Shown: positions 1 through 11,945 of the stretch, in pieces
Layout: every line of letters begins with the position of its first letter
Numbering within the stretch: the stretch's first letter is position 1
DNA from: an uncultured Clostridia bacterium
GTDB lineage: Bacteria > Bacillota > Clostridia > TANB77 > CAG-508
Direction: 5' to 3'
DNA length: 64,000 bases
Assembly (NCBI GenBank): GCA_947599825.1
Contig: CANQFS010000001.1
Coordinates: 20,452-84,451 of the forward strand
Notes under the pieces: generated by a model
What the model was told of the DNA's origin: nothing
The model's database searches: none
What the model saw: only the letters and a program-made list of their open reading frames with translations
Translations under genes and position numbers: made by a program

Positions 1-2099
1 CTATAATAGTTTTCTTTTACTTTTTCATACATAATTCTTTCGTGTGCTGCATGTTGGTCTATAATGTATAACTCTTTTCCAAGTTCAATAAGAATATATG
101 TTGAAAAGGCAATTCCTATAAATTTATATGCAGGTATTTTATATTCTTCTTGTCCTTCAAATACAGATAAATTTTCTCCTGTTGCATACTCTGGCTCTGG
201 CACTTTATATTCTTCTGGTTCTTCTTTTACAATAGTTTCTTTGATAGGTGCACTTCCAAAAACAGAAGTATACATTTCGTCAAATTGCTCTTCTGTTTTT
301 CCTTGTTCTAGACTTTGTGAATTTTCTATTTCCTCTTGATTTTGTTCTTGTTCTATGATTTGTTTTATATTCATTACTTGTGTTTCTTCGTTTTCCATAG
401 CCTGAGAAATTTCTTGTTTCATTTCTTCTGTTATTACTTTGGTTTCTTGCATTTCATCAAAAGGAGTTTGCATTTGAATAGTTTGACTATAATCTTCTGG
501 TAACTCAATTTTGCTTGTATCTTGAGTTTCTTTTGCTAATTCAGTTCTGCTTGTACCTTGTTCTCCTACTAATTCATTTTTATTTATTTCTTGTCCTTCT
601 AGTAATTCAGTTTTGTTTATTTTTTGTGCTTCTTCTAACTCATTTATGTTTGTGTATTGTGTTTTTTCTAACTCATTTTTGCTTGTATCTTGTTCTTCTT
701 TAAATTCAACTTTTGTTTCATATTGTATTTCTTCTGCTTCTATATTTGATATTCCTTCATTTTGTATTTGCTTTGAGTCATCAATACTTTCTGTATTTTT
801 TACTTCTTTCTTTGGCAAAATTTCTGTTATACCTGTACTTACTTTGTAATCATCTATTGTCTTTTTCATTTCTGCCATTTTTCCCATAATTTCATTAAAG
901 TTGCTAGCATAATCTTCTTTAGTTGGAATGTTTAATTTTCTCGTTTCATATAGTTGTTCTACAATGTTTGGTTCCTCTTGCGTTTCTTTTTTCTCTTCTT
1001 TTCGTGCTATAATTTTTTGGAATAAACTTTTTTGTTCTTGTTTTCCTAGTATTTCTGATGTTTCTTGATTTTCTTCTATATAATGTTCCTTTTCTTGGTT
1101 TGCTACTAAGTCATTTTTTAGAAGTGTGTCTTTAATAGCATGATAAACTGCCTTAAATACTTTAGATTCTTCTTCAAAACGAACCTCTAATTTTGCTGGG
1201 TGAACGTTTACATCTACTTTTTGAGGATTCATTTCAATATTTAAAATAAGGAATCCAAATTTTCCAATGGTAATCATACCTTTAAAACCTTGCTCTGCAC
1301 TGCTAGATAAGGTTTTATCTTTAACATATCTTTTGTTTACAAAGAAGATTTGATTAGCACGATTTGAACGAGAAATAGATGGTCTTCCAATAACTCCTGT
1401 TACTTTAACATCTTCATATTCGTAAGAAACATCTAAAATATTTTCTGCTATTTCTTTTCCATAAATATGATATACTACATCTTTTAATTGACCATTCCCT
1501 GCAGTTTGAATAATGGTTTTTCCTGAGCTAATAAACTTAATTGCAATTTCTGGGTGAATTAGTGCAATTCTTGTCATAACATCTTCAATATAGCCTGCTT
1601 CTGTAAAATCTTTTTTTAAGAATTTATAACGTACTGGCGTATTATAAAATAAATTTTCAATAGTTATAGTAGTTCCGTTTGGGCAACCTGCTTCTTCTTT
1701 TTGAAGAACATCTCCTCCTTCTACTATAATTTCATAACCTATATCATTATCCATTGTTTTTGACTTCATGGAAACTTTACTAATAGCTGCAATACTAGCT
1801 AAAGCCTCACCTCTAAAGCCCATAGACTTTACTGTTTCTAGGTCTTCCGCTACACGAATTTTGCTTGTAGCATGGCGTTCAAAAGCAATTTCCATATCAT
1901 CTGGCATAATTCCTTTTCCGTTATCTGTAACACGAATATAGGAAATACCTCCATTTTTAATTTCTACATTGATGTTAGTTGCTCCAGCATCAATAGAGTT
2001 TTCTACTAATTCTTTTACAACAGATGCAGGTCTTTCAATTACCTCTCCTGCTGCAATTTTGTTAATTGTTAAATCATCTAATAATACAATATTTCCCAC
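1..2099 (-). CDS. mutL: DNA mismatch repair protein MutL (3' end lies beyond window start)
   Basis: The minus frame is open from GTG at 2099 (ggagg SD just upstream) to position 1. N-terminus VGNIVLLDDLTINKIAAGEVIERPASVVKELVENSIDAG is the MutL GHKL ATPase signature. It is missing from the ORF track only because it has no stop in the window. Confidence 0.9.
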   Translation of the reverse strand, partial: MGNIVLLDDLTINKIAAGEVIERPASVVKELVENSIDAGATNINVEIKNGGISYIRVTDNGKGIMPDDMEIAFERHATSKIRVAEDLETVKSMGFRGEALASIAAISKVSMKSKTMDNDIGYEIIVEGGDVLQKEEAGCPNGTTITIENLFYNTPVRYKFLKKDFTEAGYIEDVMTRIALIHPEIAIKFISSGKTIIQTAGNGQLKDVVYHIYGKEIAENILDVSYEYEDVKVTGVIGRPSISRSNRANQIFFVNKRYVKDKTLSSSAEQGFKGMITIGKFGFLILNIEMNPQKVDVNVHPAKLEVRFEEESKVFKAVYHAIKDTLLKNDLVANQEKEHYIEENQETSEILGKQEQKSLFQKIIARKEEKKETQEEPNIVEQLYETRKLNIPTKEDYASNFNEIMGKMAEMKKTIDDYKVSTGITEILPKKEVKNTESIDDSKQIQNEGISNIEAEEIQYETKVEFKEEQDTSKNELEKTQYTNINELEEAQKINKTELLEGQEINKNELVGEQGTSRTELAKETQDTSKIELPEDYSQTIQMQTPFDEMQETKVITEEMKQEISQAMENEETQVMNIKQIIEQEQNQEEIENSQSLEQGKTEEQFDEMYTSVFGSAPIKETIVKEEPEEYKVPEPEYATGENLSVFEGQEEYKIPAYKFIGIAFSTYILIELGKELYIIDQHAAHERIMYEKVKENYY
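509..708 (-). repeat. About six tandem ~33-bp (11-codon) repeats inside the MutL linker
   Basis: Recurring units end in ctaattca/ctaactca and translate to acidic E/Q/T/N-rich 11-mers between the ATPase and dimerisation domains. Confidence 0.55.
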
Positions 2100-2299
2100 G
2101 TTTCTTCCTCCGACTTTTTCTCTTTCTTTCAAATTATATCATTATTTGTTTGACTTTGTATAGTTTTTTTGTTAAAAAAATCTAATTTTATTGTATAATA
2201 TGTAAACTTATGATATAATATAAGTATGCTACTAATAAACCAATCCTTTAGTACGTGCGTAAAGGAAGAACAACACTATATTATAGGAGGATTAAATTT

Positions 2300-2683
2300 A
2301 TGGCAAAGCGGGTATTTTTTACTGTTCTTTTAGTTTTTGGAGGCTCTTTTTTATTAATTATGATGTGTAATTTAATTCCTTCTACCTTTTTAGCACCAGT
2401 ATCAACGGCAGAAGGAATAGGATTTGCATTGGCAGCCTCTCTCTTGTATTTAATATTTCTATTTGTTTATACAAGAGAAAATTTTATATGGACATTTATT
2501 TTTATTATTGTATTGATTTTATTGTTTTTATCATTATTAGCAATTGCTGCTACTAATAATATTACCTTTAGTCTTTCTACTTATTTTTCGGGCTTTATTA
2601 TAAGTTGTGTAATATCTAAAATTGCCCAATATCAAGTGGAAGAATATGAAGAAATGAAGTCAATGTGGACAATTATTAAATAA
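2300..2683 (+). CDS. Hypothetical multi-pass membrane protein
   Basis: ATG at 2300 lies 9 nt after aggagg (2285-2290). Hydrophobic segments run throughout. The upstream part of track ORF 2255.. has no RBS. Confidence 0.6.
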   Translation: MAKRVFFTVLLVFGGSFLLIMMCNLIPSTFLAPVSTAEGIGFALAASLLYLIFLFVYTRENFIWTFIFIIVLILLFLSLLAIAATNNITFSLSTYFSGFIISCVISKIAQYQVEEYEEMKSMWTIIK

Positions 2684-2688
2684 AGTCC

Positions 2689-2730
2689 AAACGAAAAATG
2701 AGTGAAAAAGTTTTCACTCATTTTTCGTTT
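2689..2730 (+). terminator. Rho-independent terminator hairpin
   Basis: aaacgaaaaatgagtgaaa / tttcactcatttttcgttt is a perfect long stem followed by a T-rich tract. Confidence 0.7.
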
Positions 2731-2814
2731 GACTTTTTTATATAGTAGGAAAATTCTCCTTTAAAGAGGAATTTCCGTAGACGATAAATATTGCGAGCCT
2801 TACATTTTTTTGAA

Positions 2815-4491
<1,677 letters not shown>

Positions 4492-4507
4492 CTATTTTAG
4501 TTTTATA

Positions 4508-4536
4508 GTACCAAAAAGAAACGTCCCTAATGGTAC
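4508..4536 (-). repeat. GGTAC/GGGAC-box element, half copy, in the groES-groEL spacer
   Basis: gtaccaaaaagaaacgtccctaatggtac begins 1 nt after the groES stop codon and matches the GGGACGTTTC half of the family consensus. Confidence 0.8.
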
Positions 4537-4537
4537 A

Positions 4538-4813
<276 letters not shown>

Positions 4814-4883
4814 TTACCTCCTTATTTTTTAGAAAAACTATTATCATTAAATAGTTAGTCTTGATTGATTTTTTGTTATATAA

Positions 4884-4910
4884 TTAGCAGTCTTTATTCG
4901 AGACTGCTAA
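4884..4910. promoter_or_regulatory. CIRCE operator (HrcA binding site) upstream of groES
   Basis: ttagcagtc-tttattcga-gactgctaa fits TTAGCACTC-N9-GAGTGCTAA with symmetric substitutions. Confidence 0.85.
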
Positions 4911-5034
4911 TAATGTATACCCATTTCTAAAAAATGTCAATACTATTTTGTAAAATTCACATAGTTTTCACAAAATAGCTCTTTCTATTTTTATGCTTTC
5001 TATTTTGATTTCATACTTATTATTTTTTCAATCT

Positions 5035-5060
5035 AAAAAGAGGCCAATTGACCTCTTTTT
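5035..5060 (-). terminator. Rho-independent terminator after ORF 5067..5774
   Basis: aaaaagaggccaattgacctcttttt is a GC-centred stem flanked by A and T runs. Confidence 0.7.
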
Positions 5061-5066
5061 AGTTTC

Positions 5067-5774
5067 TTACTGTGCATCAAATTCAAATATTTCTTGAATA
5101 GAACCTTCTGGAACATACAATACATAACTTGTTTTTTTATATTCCTCACATTTAGTTGCAGGAATATGGTTTGTGTTTAAGCTATAGTACGTTTTAGTTG
5201 TAATTTCAAGATAAGGTTGCTCTCCTTCACTTAGATAGGATATTTCTGTATTTTTTGCCGGTATCGTGTTTAAAACAAAATTGCCTTTTTCATTTTTCGT
5301 ATAATAGGCATATACAAATTCCCCATGTACCTCTCCACCAAATATAGAAAAACTTCCTTTTACAGATAAATTGTCTTTTGCATTTACTAATTCAACTTTT
5401 TCTACACTGATGTCTGGATTTTCGCATTCTTGAATATTATGCCAATAACATATACCTCCAATGATATAGGAAATTATGACAACAATTATGCCAGCATATA
5501 TGCAAATAACACAGTCATCTTCATCGTTAGAAAAGTATGATTTTACTATGATACAAATAGCAAGCAATAACAATATTTTTGGAATAGCAAATACTGTCCG
5601 ATGCGTCGTGACTTGTACAACACCAAATGCAAAAACAAGCAATACTCCAATAATATTCAATGCAATATTTAATTTTGATCGTTCTTCCGAATAATAATAT
5701 TCAGAACCTGTAATTCCTGCCATAAAAAATGCTACAACTGCTAAAATGAATAATATAATTCTTAATGCTAACAT
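5067..5774 (-). CDS. Hypothetical membrane protein (4-5 TM N-terminal half, soluble C-terminal half)
   Basis: 235-aa ORF with no family recognised. It contains an in-frame CGG (5598-5600). Confidence 0.55.
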   Translation of the reverse strand: MLALRIILFILAVVAFFMAGITGSEYYYSEERSKLNIALNIIGVLLVFAFGVVQVTTHRTVFAIPKILLLLAICIIVKSYFSNDEDDCVICIYAGIIVVIISYIIGGICYWHNIQECENPDISVEKVELVNAKDNLSVKGSFSIFGGEVHGEFVYAYYTKNEKGNFVLNTIPAKNTEISYLSEGEQPYLEITTKTYYSLNTNHIPATKCEEYKKTSYVLYVPEGSIQEIFEFDAQ

Positions 5775-5943
5775 ATTTTTTCTCCTTTCAAAAATTATTT
5801 TGAGTTGCCTAAAATATAATGAACTAGCTATGCTAGGTTACCAAAGGAATATATTATAATTTATGTATGAATTATAATACAATCTACATAAAAAATCAAT
5901 GTTTTATATTATTTTTTAATATTTTATTACATCTCCTTAAACG

Positions 5944-5965
5944 TTATATAATTAGCAGTCTTTAA
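5944..5965. repeat. 22-bp duplicate of the groES promoter/CIRCE left half
   Basis: gttatataattagcagtcttta is identical to 4875-4896. Confidence 0.8.
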
Positions 5966-6023
5966 TTGAAAAAGAGGCTTCTAATTAGAAACCTCTTTTC
6001 AATCATTCATTAACGTTTGGAAA

Positions 6024-6767
6024 CTATCTAATTCTTATGTCTCCGCTCATAGTAGAAATTTGAACATTAGCAACATAGCCATTTTCTGTCTTATGGTAAT
6101 TTACGACATCACCACTCTTAGACCTTGTAGAAATATTCATATGTCTGATATGGTTAAACTTTGCTGATACATCTCCACTCATTGTATTAATTTGAACCTT
6201 AATATTTTTTGTAGCATCAATGTAAAAATCTACATCTCCACTCAATGTAGTAATGGAGGCTTGTGTGAATGTAGCCTGTGTTTCTAATTTACCGGCCTTT
6301 GTTGTTACTTCTAACGAATCTGTTACAACACCTTTGTGTAATGTAATATCTGCTGTGCCACTTTCTACAGTAATGGATTCAAAAAGTTTTTTCGGTATTA
6401 TAACATCTAAGTTCAAATTGCAATTATAGCAACCTTCTAGCGATTTCACACTAATCTGAAGTTGTTTGTTTACCAACCGAAAATCAAACTTAATATCTCC
6501 ACTTGCATATCCATAAAGGTGTGCTTCAACATTTTGCGAATCTGAAACGGAAACATCAACTTTCACAAATGTAGAGTTAATTATTATACTTTCTACTTTT
6601 CTAGCATCTTCTAATTTTCTCTCATTTATTTTTTTATTTTGCCCTTTTTGCATGTTATTCAAATTATCAATGAATGCTTCATTAACAACTTGTCCGTTGC
6701 CGATTGTAATATTGTTGATTGTTACGTTGTTTCCAATTTGGACATTAATCATGATTTTTTCCTCCAA
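6024..6767 (-). CDS. Hypothetical beta-strand repeat protein (DUF4097-like putative adhesin fold)
   Basis: Repeated SGD(V/I) strand motifs: SGDVDFY, MSGDVSAKF, SGDVVNY, MSGDIRIR. The family call is from memory, not a search. Confidence 0.5.
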   Translation of the reverse strand: MEEKIMINVQIGNNVTINNITIGNGQVVNEAFIDNLNNMQKGQNKKINERKLEDARKVESIIINSTFVKVDVSVSDSQNVEAHLYGYASGDIKFDFRLVNKQLQISVKSLEGCYNCNLNLDVIIPKKLFESITVESGTADITLHKGVVTDSLEVTTKAGKLETQATFTQASITTLSGDVDFYIDATKNIKVQINTMSGDVSAKFNHIRHMNISTRSKSGDVVNYHKTENGYVANVQISTMSGDIRIR

Positions 6768-6923
6768 AGTTTTTAAGATGTTTACTTGTTATATATGTTA
6801 AACCAAAAAGTTTGAGGAATTCCTCTCACTAATTAGTGATAATTAGGTAATTGTATATGAACTATATTACTTATTATTATTATATCATATTTCACATAAA
6901 TATGCAAATAGGTCTTTTTGTTA

Positions 6924-8597
6924 TTAAAATATTCCTACAATATTTTCATTTTCATCTATGTCTATTTGCTCTGCAGCAGGTTTTTTAGGAAGTCCTGGCA
7001 TCGTCATAATTTTGCCTGTTAATACTACAATAAACTCTGCTCCTGCTTTTAATTGTACTTCTTTTACGTGAATGTTGAAAGGCTCTGTACATTCTAAATT
7101 TTTACTATCATCAGAGAAAGAATATTGTGTTTTAGCAATACAAATTGGTAGGTTATTGTATCCTAGTTGTGTTATTTGTTCTATTTGTTCTTCTGCCTCT
7201 TTGGTATATTCTACCCCCTCTGCTCCATAAATATTTTTTGTTACTTTTTCAATTTTTGTTTTAATGTTATCTTCTAATGTATAAAGCATTTCAAAATGAT
7301 GTTTCTTTTCACACAATTCTACTACTTTTTTTGCAATATCTATTGCTCCTTCTGAACCCTTTCCCCATGCTTCTACTAGACTTAAACTAACTTGTTTTTC
7401 TTGTAATATTTCTTGCAAAGTGCTAATTTCTTCTTCGGTATCTTGGTTAAATTTATTGATAGCCACAATTACATTTAAGCCAAATTTTTCTTTGATGTTT
7501 TCAATATGTTTTAATAAATTTTTGCTTCCTTTTTTTAATGCTTCAATATTTTCGTTTGCTAGTTCTTCTTTTGGCATACCACTATGATATTTTAATGCTT
7601 TAATGGTTGCTACAATAACTACAGCATCTGGTTCTTTTTCTAATTTTCTTGTTTTAATATCTAGGAATTTCTCTGCTCCTAAGTCTGCTCCAAAGCCTGC
7701 TTCGGTTACAGTATAGTCTGCTAATTTTAAGGCAAGTTTGGTGGCTATAATGCTATTGCAACCATGTGCAATATTTGCAAATGGCCCTCCATGAATGATG
7801 GCTGGTGTATGTTCTAAAGTTTGTACTAAATTAGGGCAGAAAGCATCTTTTAATAGAACGCACATGGCCCCTTCTGCTTTTAAATCATGAGCTGTAACAG
7901 GCTTTCCTTCTTTGTTGTAGCCAATGATAATATTGCCAAGTCTTCTTTTTAAATCTTCTAAACTAGTTGCAAGGCAAAAAATTGCCATAACCTCAGATGC
8001 AACGGTAATATCAAAACCATCTTCTCTTGGCACAATATTTTTTTCATTGGATAGACCAGTATTTACCACTCTTAGTTGTCTATCATTTAAATCTACACAT
8101 CTTTTCCATGTTACTTTTTCTATGTTTAGTTCATTTCCATTATAAATATGGTTATCAATCATAGCAGATAATAGGTTATTGGCAGAAGTAATAGCATGTA
8201 AATCTCCTGTAAAGTGCAAGTTAATGTCTTCCATTGGCGCTACTTGTGAGTAGCCTCCTCCTGTGGCACCACCTTTTATACCAAATACAGGGCCTAAAGA
8301 TGGCTCTCTTAATGCTAAAATAACCTTTTTTCCTATTCTTTTTAAGCCATCAGCAAGTCCAATGGAAATGGTTGTTTTTCCTTCTCCTAGTGGAGTTGGG
8401 TTAATGGCGGTTACCAAAATCAATTTTCCATTTTCTTTATTTTTTAATTCTTGCATTTCGTTTAAAGAAATTTTTGCTTTATATTTTCCGTAAGGCTCTA
8501 TATTTTCTTCTTTTATTCCTAAGTCTTTTGCAACTTTTGTGATTTCTTCTAATTTTACTTTTCTTGCTATTTCAATATCTTCCATTTTAATCACCAT
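6924..8597 (-). CDS. fhs: Formate--tetrahydrofolate ligase
   Basis: 557 aa with the PTPLGEGKTT P-loop and full-length FTHFS-like sequence. The true start may be the MEDIEIA Met at 8585. Confidence 0.95.
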   Translation of the reverse strand: MVIKMEDIEIARKVKLEEITKVAKDLGIKEENIEPYGKYKAKISLNEMQELKNKENGKLILVTAINPTPLGEGKTTISIGLADGLKRIGKKVILALREPSLGPVFGIKGGATGGGYSQVAPMEDINLHFTGDLHAITSANNLLSAMIDNHIYNGNELNIEKVTWKRCVDLNDRQLRVVNTGLSNEKNIVPREDGFDITVASEVMAIFCLATSLEDLKRRLGNIIIGYNKEGKPVTAHDLKAEGAMCVLLKDAFCPNLVQTLEHTPAIIHGGPFANIAHGCNSIIATKLALKLADYTVTEAGFGADLGAEKFLDIKTRKLEKEPDAVVIVATIKALKYHSGMPKEELANENIEALKKGSKNLLKHIENIKEKFGLNVIVAINKFNQDTEEEISTLQEILQEKQVSLSLVEAWGKGSEGAIDIAKKVVELCEKKHHFEMLYTLEDNIKTKIEKVTKNIYGAEGVEYTKEAEEQIEQITQLGYNNLPICIAKTQYSFSDDSKNLECTEPFNIHVKEVQLKAGAEFIVVLTGKIMTMPGLPKKPAAEQIDIDENENIVGIF

Positions 8598-8677
8598 TTC
8601 TTTCTAAAGGTACATATTTATTTTGTTATACTATATCTTATTTTGTATTTTTTTACAAGATATATTACGAAATAATA

Positions 8678-8726
8678 GAGGGGTGTCCCCAGTGTTCCAA
8701 AATGGAACAAAAGAAAACGTCCCTCC
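8678..8726 (-). repeat. GGGAC-box element, GTTCC/GGAAC variant subfamily
   Basis: gaggggtgtccccagtgttccaaaatggaacaaaagaaaacgtccctcc is the inverted match of 29501-29552. It ends 3 nt before the stop of the PAP2-like gene. Confidence 0.8.
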
Positions 8727-8729
8727 TGC

Positions 8730-9164
8730 TTACCCAAAAATTATTCCTACTACTACACCAATAAGTGCTCCTACAAATACTTGCACTGGTGTATGTCCTA
8801 ATACTTCTACCAATTTTTCTTGCACTTGCAAATTGCTTAAGCCCGGTGTTTCAATTAGTTTATTTAGTAATTTTGCCTGTTTTCCTGCTGCCCTTCTTAT
8901 TCCTGCTGCATCATACATAACTACGCAGGCAAAAATAACAGATAAAGCAAAAATAGGAGAAGTAAGACCTTGCGTTTTTCCTATCATAGTAGCAAGTGAA
9001 GTAACTACAGCAGAGTGAGAACTTGGCATTCCACCTGCTCCTAAAATACGTTTAAAATTAAATTTATGTGTTACTACTAAGTCCCAAATTACTTTAAATA
9101 ATTGAATAAAAAACCATGTTGAAAATGGTATTATTAAAAATTTGTATTGTTCAAAAAACTCCAT
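8730..9164 (-). CDS. Divergent PAP2-family (DUF212/YuiD-like) membrane protein
   Basis: 144 aa with GGMPSSHSA and GHTP motifs typical of the acid phosphatase/vanadium haloperoxidase-related family. Confidence 0.75.
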   Translation of the reverse strand: MEFFEQYKFLIIPFSTWFFIQLFKVIWDLVVTHKFNFKRILGAGGMPSSHSAVVTSLATMIGKTQGLTSPIFALSVIFACVVMYDAAGIRRAAGKQAKLLNKLIETPGLSNLQVQEKLVEVLGHTPVQVFVGALIGVVVGIIFG

Positions 9165-9185
9165 AAAAATCCCCTTTTGCCTTTC

Positions 9186-9410
9186 CTATTCTTCTACTGT
9201 AAAGTTTTCTTCTTCAATTTTACCCTCTTTTTGCAAAAGAATAGTAATTTTCTTTTCTGCTTTTTCTATAATTTCATTACATTGTTTTGAAAGTTCCATT
9301 CCTTCTTCAAACTTTGCTACTGATTCTTCTAGGTTTAAGTCTCCTTTTTCTAATTCTGTAGCAATTGCTTCTAGTTGTTTCATTGCTTCTTCAAATTTTA
9401 CTTCCTTCAT
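9186..9410 (-). CDS. xseB: Exodeoxyribonuclease VII small subunit
   Basis: 74 aa starting FEEAMKQLEAIATELEKGDLNLEESVAKFEEGMELSKQC, near xseA. Confidence 0.9.
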   Translation of the reverse strand: MKEVKFEEAMKQLEAIATELEKGDLNLEESVAKFEEGMELSKQCNEIIEKAEKKITILLQKEGKIEEENFTVEE

Positions 9411-9543
9411 GATTTATTCCTTGTTTAATATATTTAGGTTTTTCATAAGGTTTTACCTATAAACCTTTTTCCATTTTATTGGCATAGAATTTAAATTTTT
9501 GAATAAATTCTTTGCAATAATATTTTTTTATCTATGCTTTATT

Positions 9544-10011
9544 TTAATTCATTTCGCGTTTTGTAAATGTTTCGTCGTTAGTGTTTACAGTGTAAAACGC
9601 TAATGCTTCTGTTGTTTGGCTGTTTCGTACTGTTACAATATAATTACCATTTTCATCAATAGCATCTACTGCAAATTCTACATTGTTGCTTTCTCCCCAA
9701 TCTTTTTTCACAATGTCAAGTGCTTTTTCTTTTGCTGTTTTTGGACTTTCTTCAAAGGTTTCTGTAGGACCTACATTTTCTACTGTGCTTTCATTTTCTG
9801 TTGCATTTTCTATTACATTTTCTACTATATTTTGTTTTTGCTCATTTTGTGTTTCTGTATTTTCTACTTTGCTATTTGTTTCTTCTACTGATGTATTTTT
9901 TGCATTGCTATTTTCTTTATTTTCTACATTTTTGCTACCTGTTGATGCGAAGATAACAATAGCAACAAGCATTAATACAATTATAATAATTATTAACGTT
10001 GATTTCTTCAT
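9544..10011 (-). CDS. Hypothetical secreted/membrane-anchored protein with N/E-rich low-complexity region
   Basis: N-terminal TM/signal MKKSTLIIIIIVLMLVAIVIFAS; no family recognised. Confidence 0.5.
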   Translation of the reverse strand: MKKSTLIIIIIVLMLVAIVIFASTGSKNVENKENSNAKNTSVEETNSKVENTETQNEQKQNIVENVIENATENESTVENVGPTETFEESPKTAKEKALDIVKKDWGESNNVEFAVDAIDENGNYIVTVRNSQTTEALAFYTVNTNDETFTKREMN

Positions 10012-10113
10012 TTTTAGGATTCCTTTCTTTTATATATTATAGATTATAAAAAAATGATAGAATATGTTTTTTATAAATCATAACATTATTTTTTATTAAT
10101 TTTACTTTTTGCA

Positions 10114-11301
10114 TTATAAAATTTCTGCCTGCTTTTTACCATCTATAAAACGCAAATCAATTTTATCTCCTGTTTTTGCATCTTTGATACTATGAATTGT
10201 TTTATCTTCCTTAGTTGCAATGCAATAGCCTCTTGTTAGTGTTTTTAAGGGGCTCAAAGTGTCTAATTTTGAAATCCATTCTACCATGTAAGTTTTCTTT
10301 TCTTTTACTTTCAGTTGTACGCTATTTTGCATACGCTTTATTTGCTTATCTAACAACATATAATTTTCATTTACTTTTTGCATTGGATTGGTAAATGCAG
10401 AAGATTTTATGCATTTTTCATAACGTAGTCTCATTAGTTCTACTTTTTTACGAAGTGAATTTTGAAATCTATTTTCATAGCCTTTTAATTTTAATATTAA
10501 ATCTTCAATATTCGGTACAGCAAGCTCTGCTGCGGCAGATGGTGTAGGTGCTCGTAAGTCTGCTACAAAATCTGATATTGTAAAATCTGTTTCATGCCCT
10601 ACTGCTGAAATAATTGGAAGATTAGATGCATAAATTGCTCTTGCTACAATTTCTTCGTTAAATGGCCATAAATCTTCTAATGAGCCTCCTCCTCTTGCTA
10701 AAATTAATACATCTGCTAAATTTTCTTTATTCATGGTTTCAATTGCTTTTGCTATTTTTTCGGCAGCTCCTTGACCTTGCACTGGAACTGGAAATAGCCT
10801 TATATGTACGTTTGGATTTCTTCTAGTTGAAACATTTATAATATCTCTAATAACTGCTCCTGTATTTGAAGTTAAAACTCCTATACATTTTGGCATAAAT
10901 GGAATTGGTTTTTTATGTGCTTTGTCAAATAAGCCTTCTAATTCTAATTTTGCCTTTAGCTTTTCATATTCGGCATGCAAGTCTCCAACTCCTTCTTGTT
11001 TCATAGCTTTGGCATAAATTTGATAAACGCCATCTCTTTCAAATACAGATACTGTTCCTAGTAGCATAACCTTCATACCATCTTTTGGAACAAAGTCTAA
11101 ATGTGGCGTATAAGTTTTAAACATTACGCATTTAATAAGAGAGTTTTCATCTTTTAACGTGAAGTACAGATGCCCTGTATAATGGTGTTTAAAGTTTGAA
11201 ATCTCTCCTTTTACTAATACATTATTCAAATATTCGTCTTCTTGAAATTTGCCCTTTATGTAATTATTTAATTCTGTTACACTAATTGGGTTATAGGTCA
11301 T
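10114..11301 (-). CDS. xseA: Exodeoxyribonuclease VII large subunit
   Basis: 395 aa with an OB-fold N-terminus and the GRGGGS(L/I)EDLW motif (ARGGGSLEDLW). Confidence 0.95.
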   Translation of the reverse strand: MTYNPISVTELNNYIKGKFQEDEYLNNVLVKGEISNFKHHYTGHLYFTLKDENSLIKCVMFKTYTPHLDFVPKDGMKVMLLGTVSVFERDGVYQIYAKAMKQEGVGDLHAEYEKLKAKLELEGLFDKAHKKPIPFMPKCIGVLTSNTGAVIRDIINVSTRRNPNVHIRLFPVPVQGQGAAEKIAKAIETMNKENLADVLILARGGGSLEDLWPFNEEIVARAIYASNLPIISAVGHETDFTISDFVADLRAPTPSAAAELAVPNIEDLILKLKGYENRFQNSLRKKVELMRLRYEKCIKSSAFTNPMQKVNENYMLLDKQIKRMQNSVQLKVKEKKTYMVEWISKLDTLSPLKTLTRGYCIATKEDKTIHSIKDAKTGDKIDLRFIDGKKQAEIL

Positions 11302-11307
11302 TTTGCG

Positions 11308-11727
11308 TTACTCCTCTTGATTTAAGTTTTTTTCCTTTACAATACTTGCTAAAATTCCGTTTACAAAAGCTTTAGAAGAATCGTCTCCATATTTTTTTGC
11401 AAGTTCTACCGCTTCATTTATTACTACTTTATATGGTAATTTTGCATAAACTAACTCAAAAATGGCAAGTTTTAAAATAGCACGATTTATTTTAGAAATT
11501 CGCTCCATCGTCCATTTTTCTTTTAAGTTACTTGCAATTAACCCTTCTATTTCTCCTTTATGTTCTTTTATTCCGCCATATACTTGATTAATATATTCTA
11601 CTTCTGCTTTTTGCTTAATTTCATTTTCTTGTAAGTATAATTCTACCTGTTCTTGCTCCATCTCTTTTTGGACTTCGCTACTATAAATTAGCCTGAATGC
11701 TAATTCGCGAGTTTCTGTTCGTTTCAT
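11308..11727 (-). CDS. nusB: Transcription antitermination factor NusB
   Basis: 139 aa with RELAFRLIY and AILKLAIFEL motifs. Confidence 0.93.
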   Translation of the reverse strand: MKRTETRELAFRLIYSSEVQKEMEQEQVELYLQENEIKQKAEVEYINQVYGGIKEHKGEIEGLIASNLKEKWTMERISKINRAILKLAIFELVYAKLPYKVVINEAVELAKKYGDDSSKAFVNGILASIVKEKNLNQEE

Positions 11728-11741
11728 TAAATGTTCCCCTT

Positions 11742-11945
11742 TTATAATTTGTCAATAAATTTTTTTATTTTATCTTTTACTTCTTCTTTATTTAATTGAA
11801 TATAGTTTCCTACATATAGACCTAGTGCTACTAAAATAATTCCTATAATTAGCTTGTAAAAACCTGTGCATAGGATTAAAATAGCCACTAACGCCCCAAT
11901 TATTGCCCCTCTATATTTTATGAAAAAGTTTTTTATATCATTCAT
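11742..11945 (-). CDS. Small membrane protein (DUF2273-like) of the Asp23 cluster
   Basis: 67 aa with two TM segments, in the conserved position downstream of amaP/asp23. Confidence 0.6.
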   Translation of the reverse strand: MNDIKNFFIKYRGAIIGALVAILILCTGFYKLIIGIILVALGLYVGNYIQLNKEEVKDKIKKFIDKL

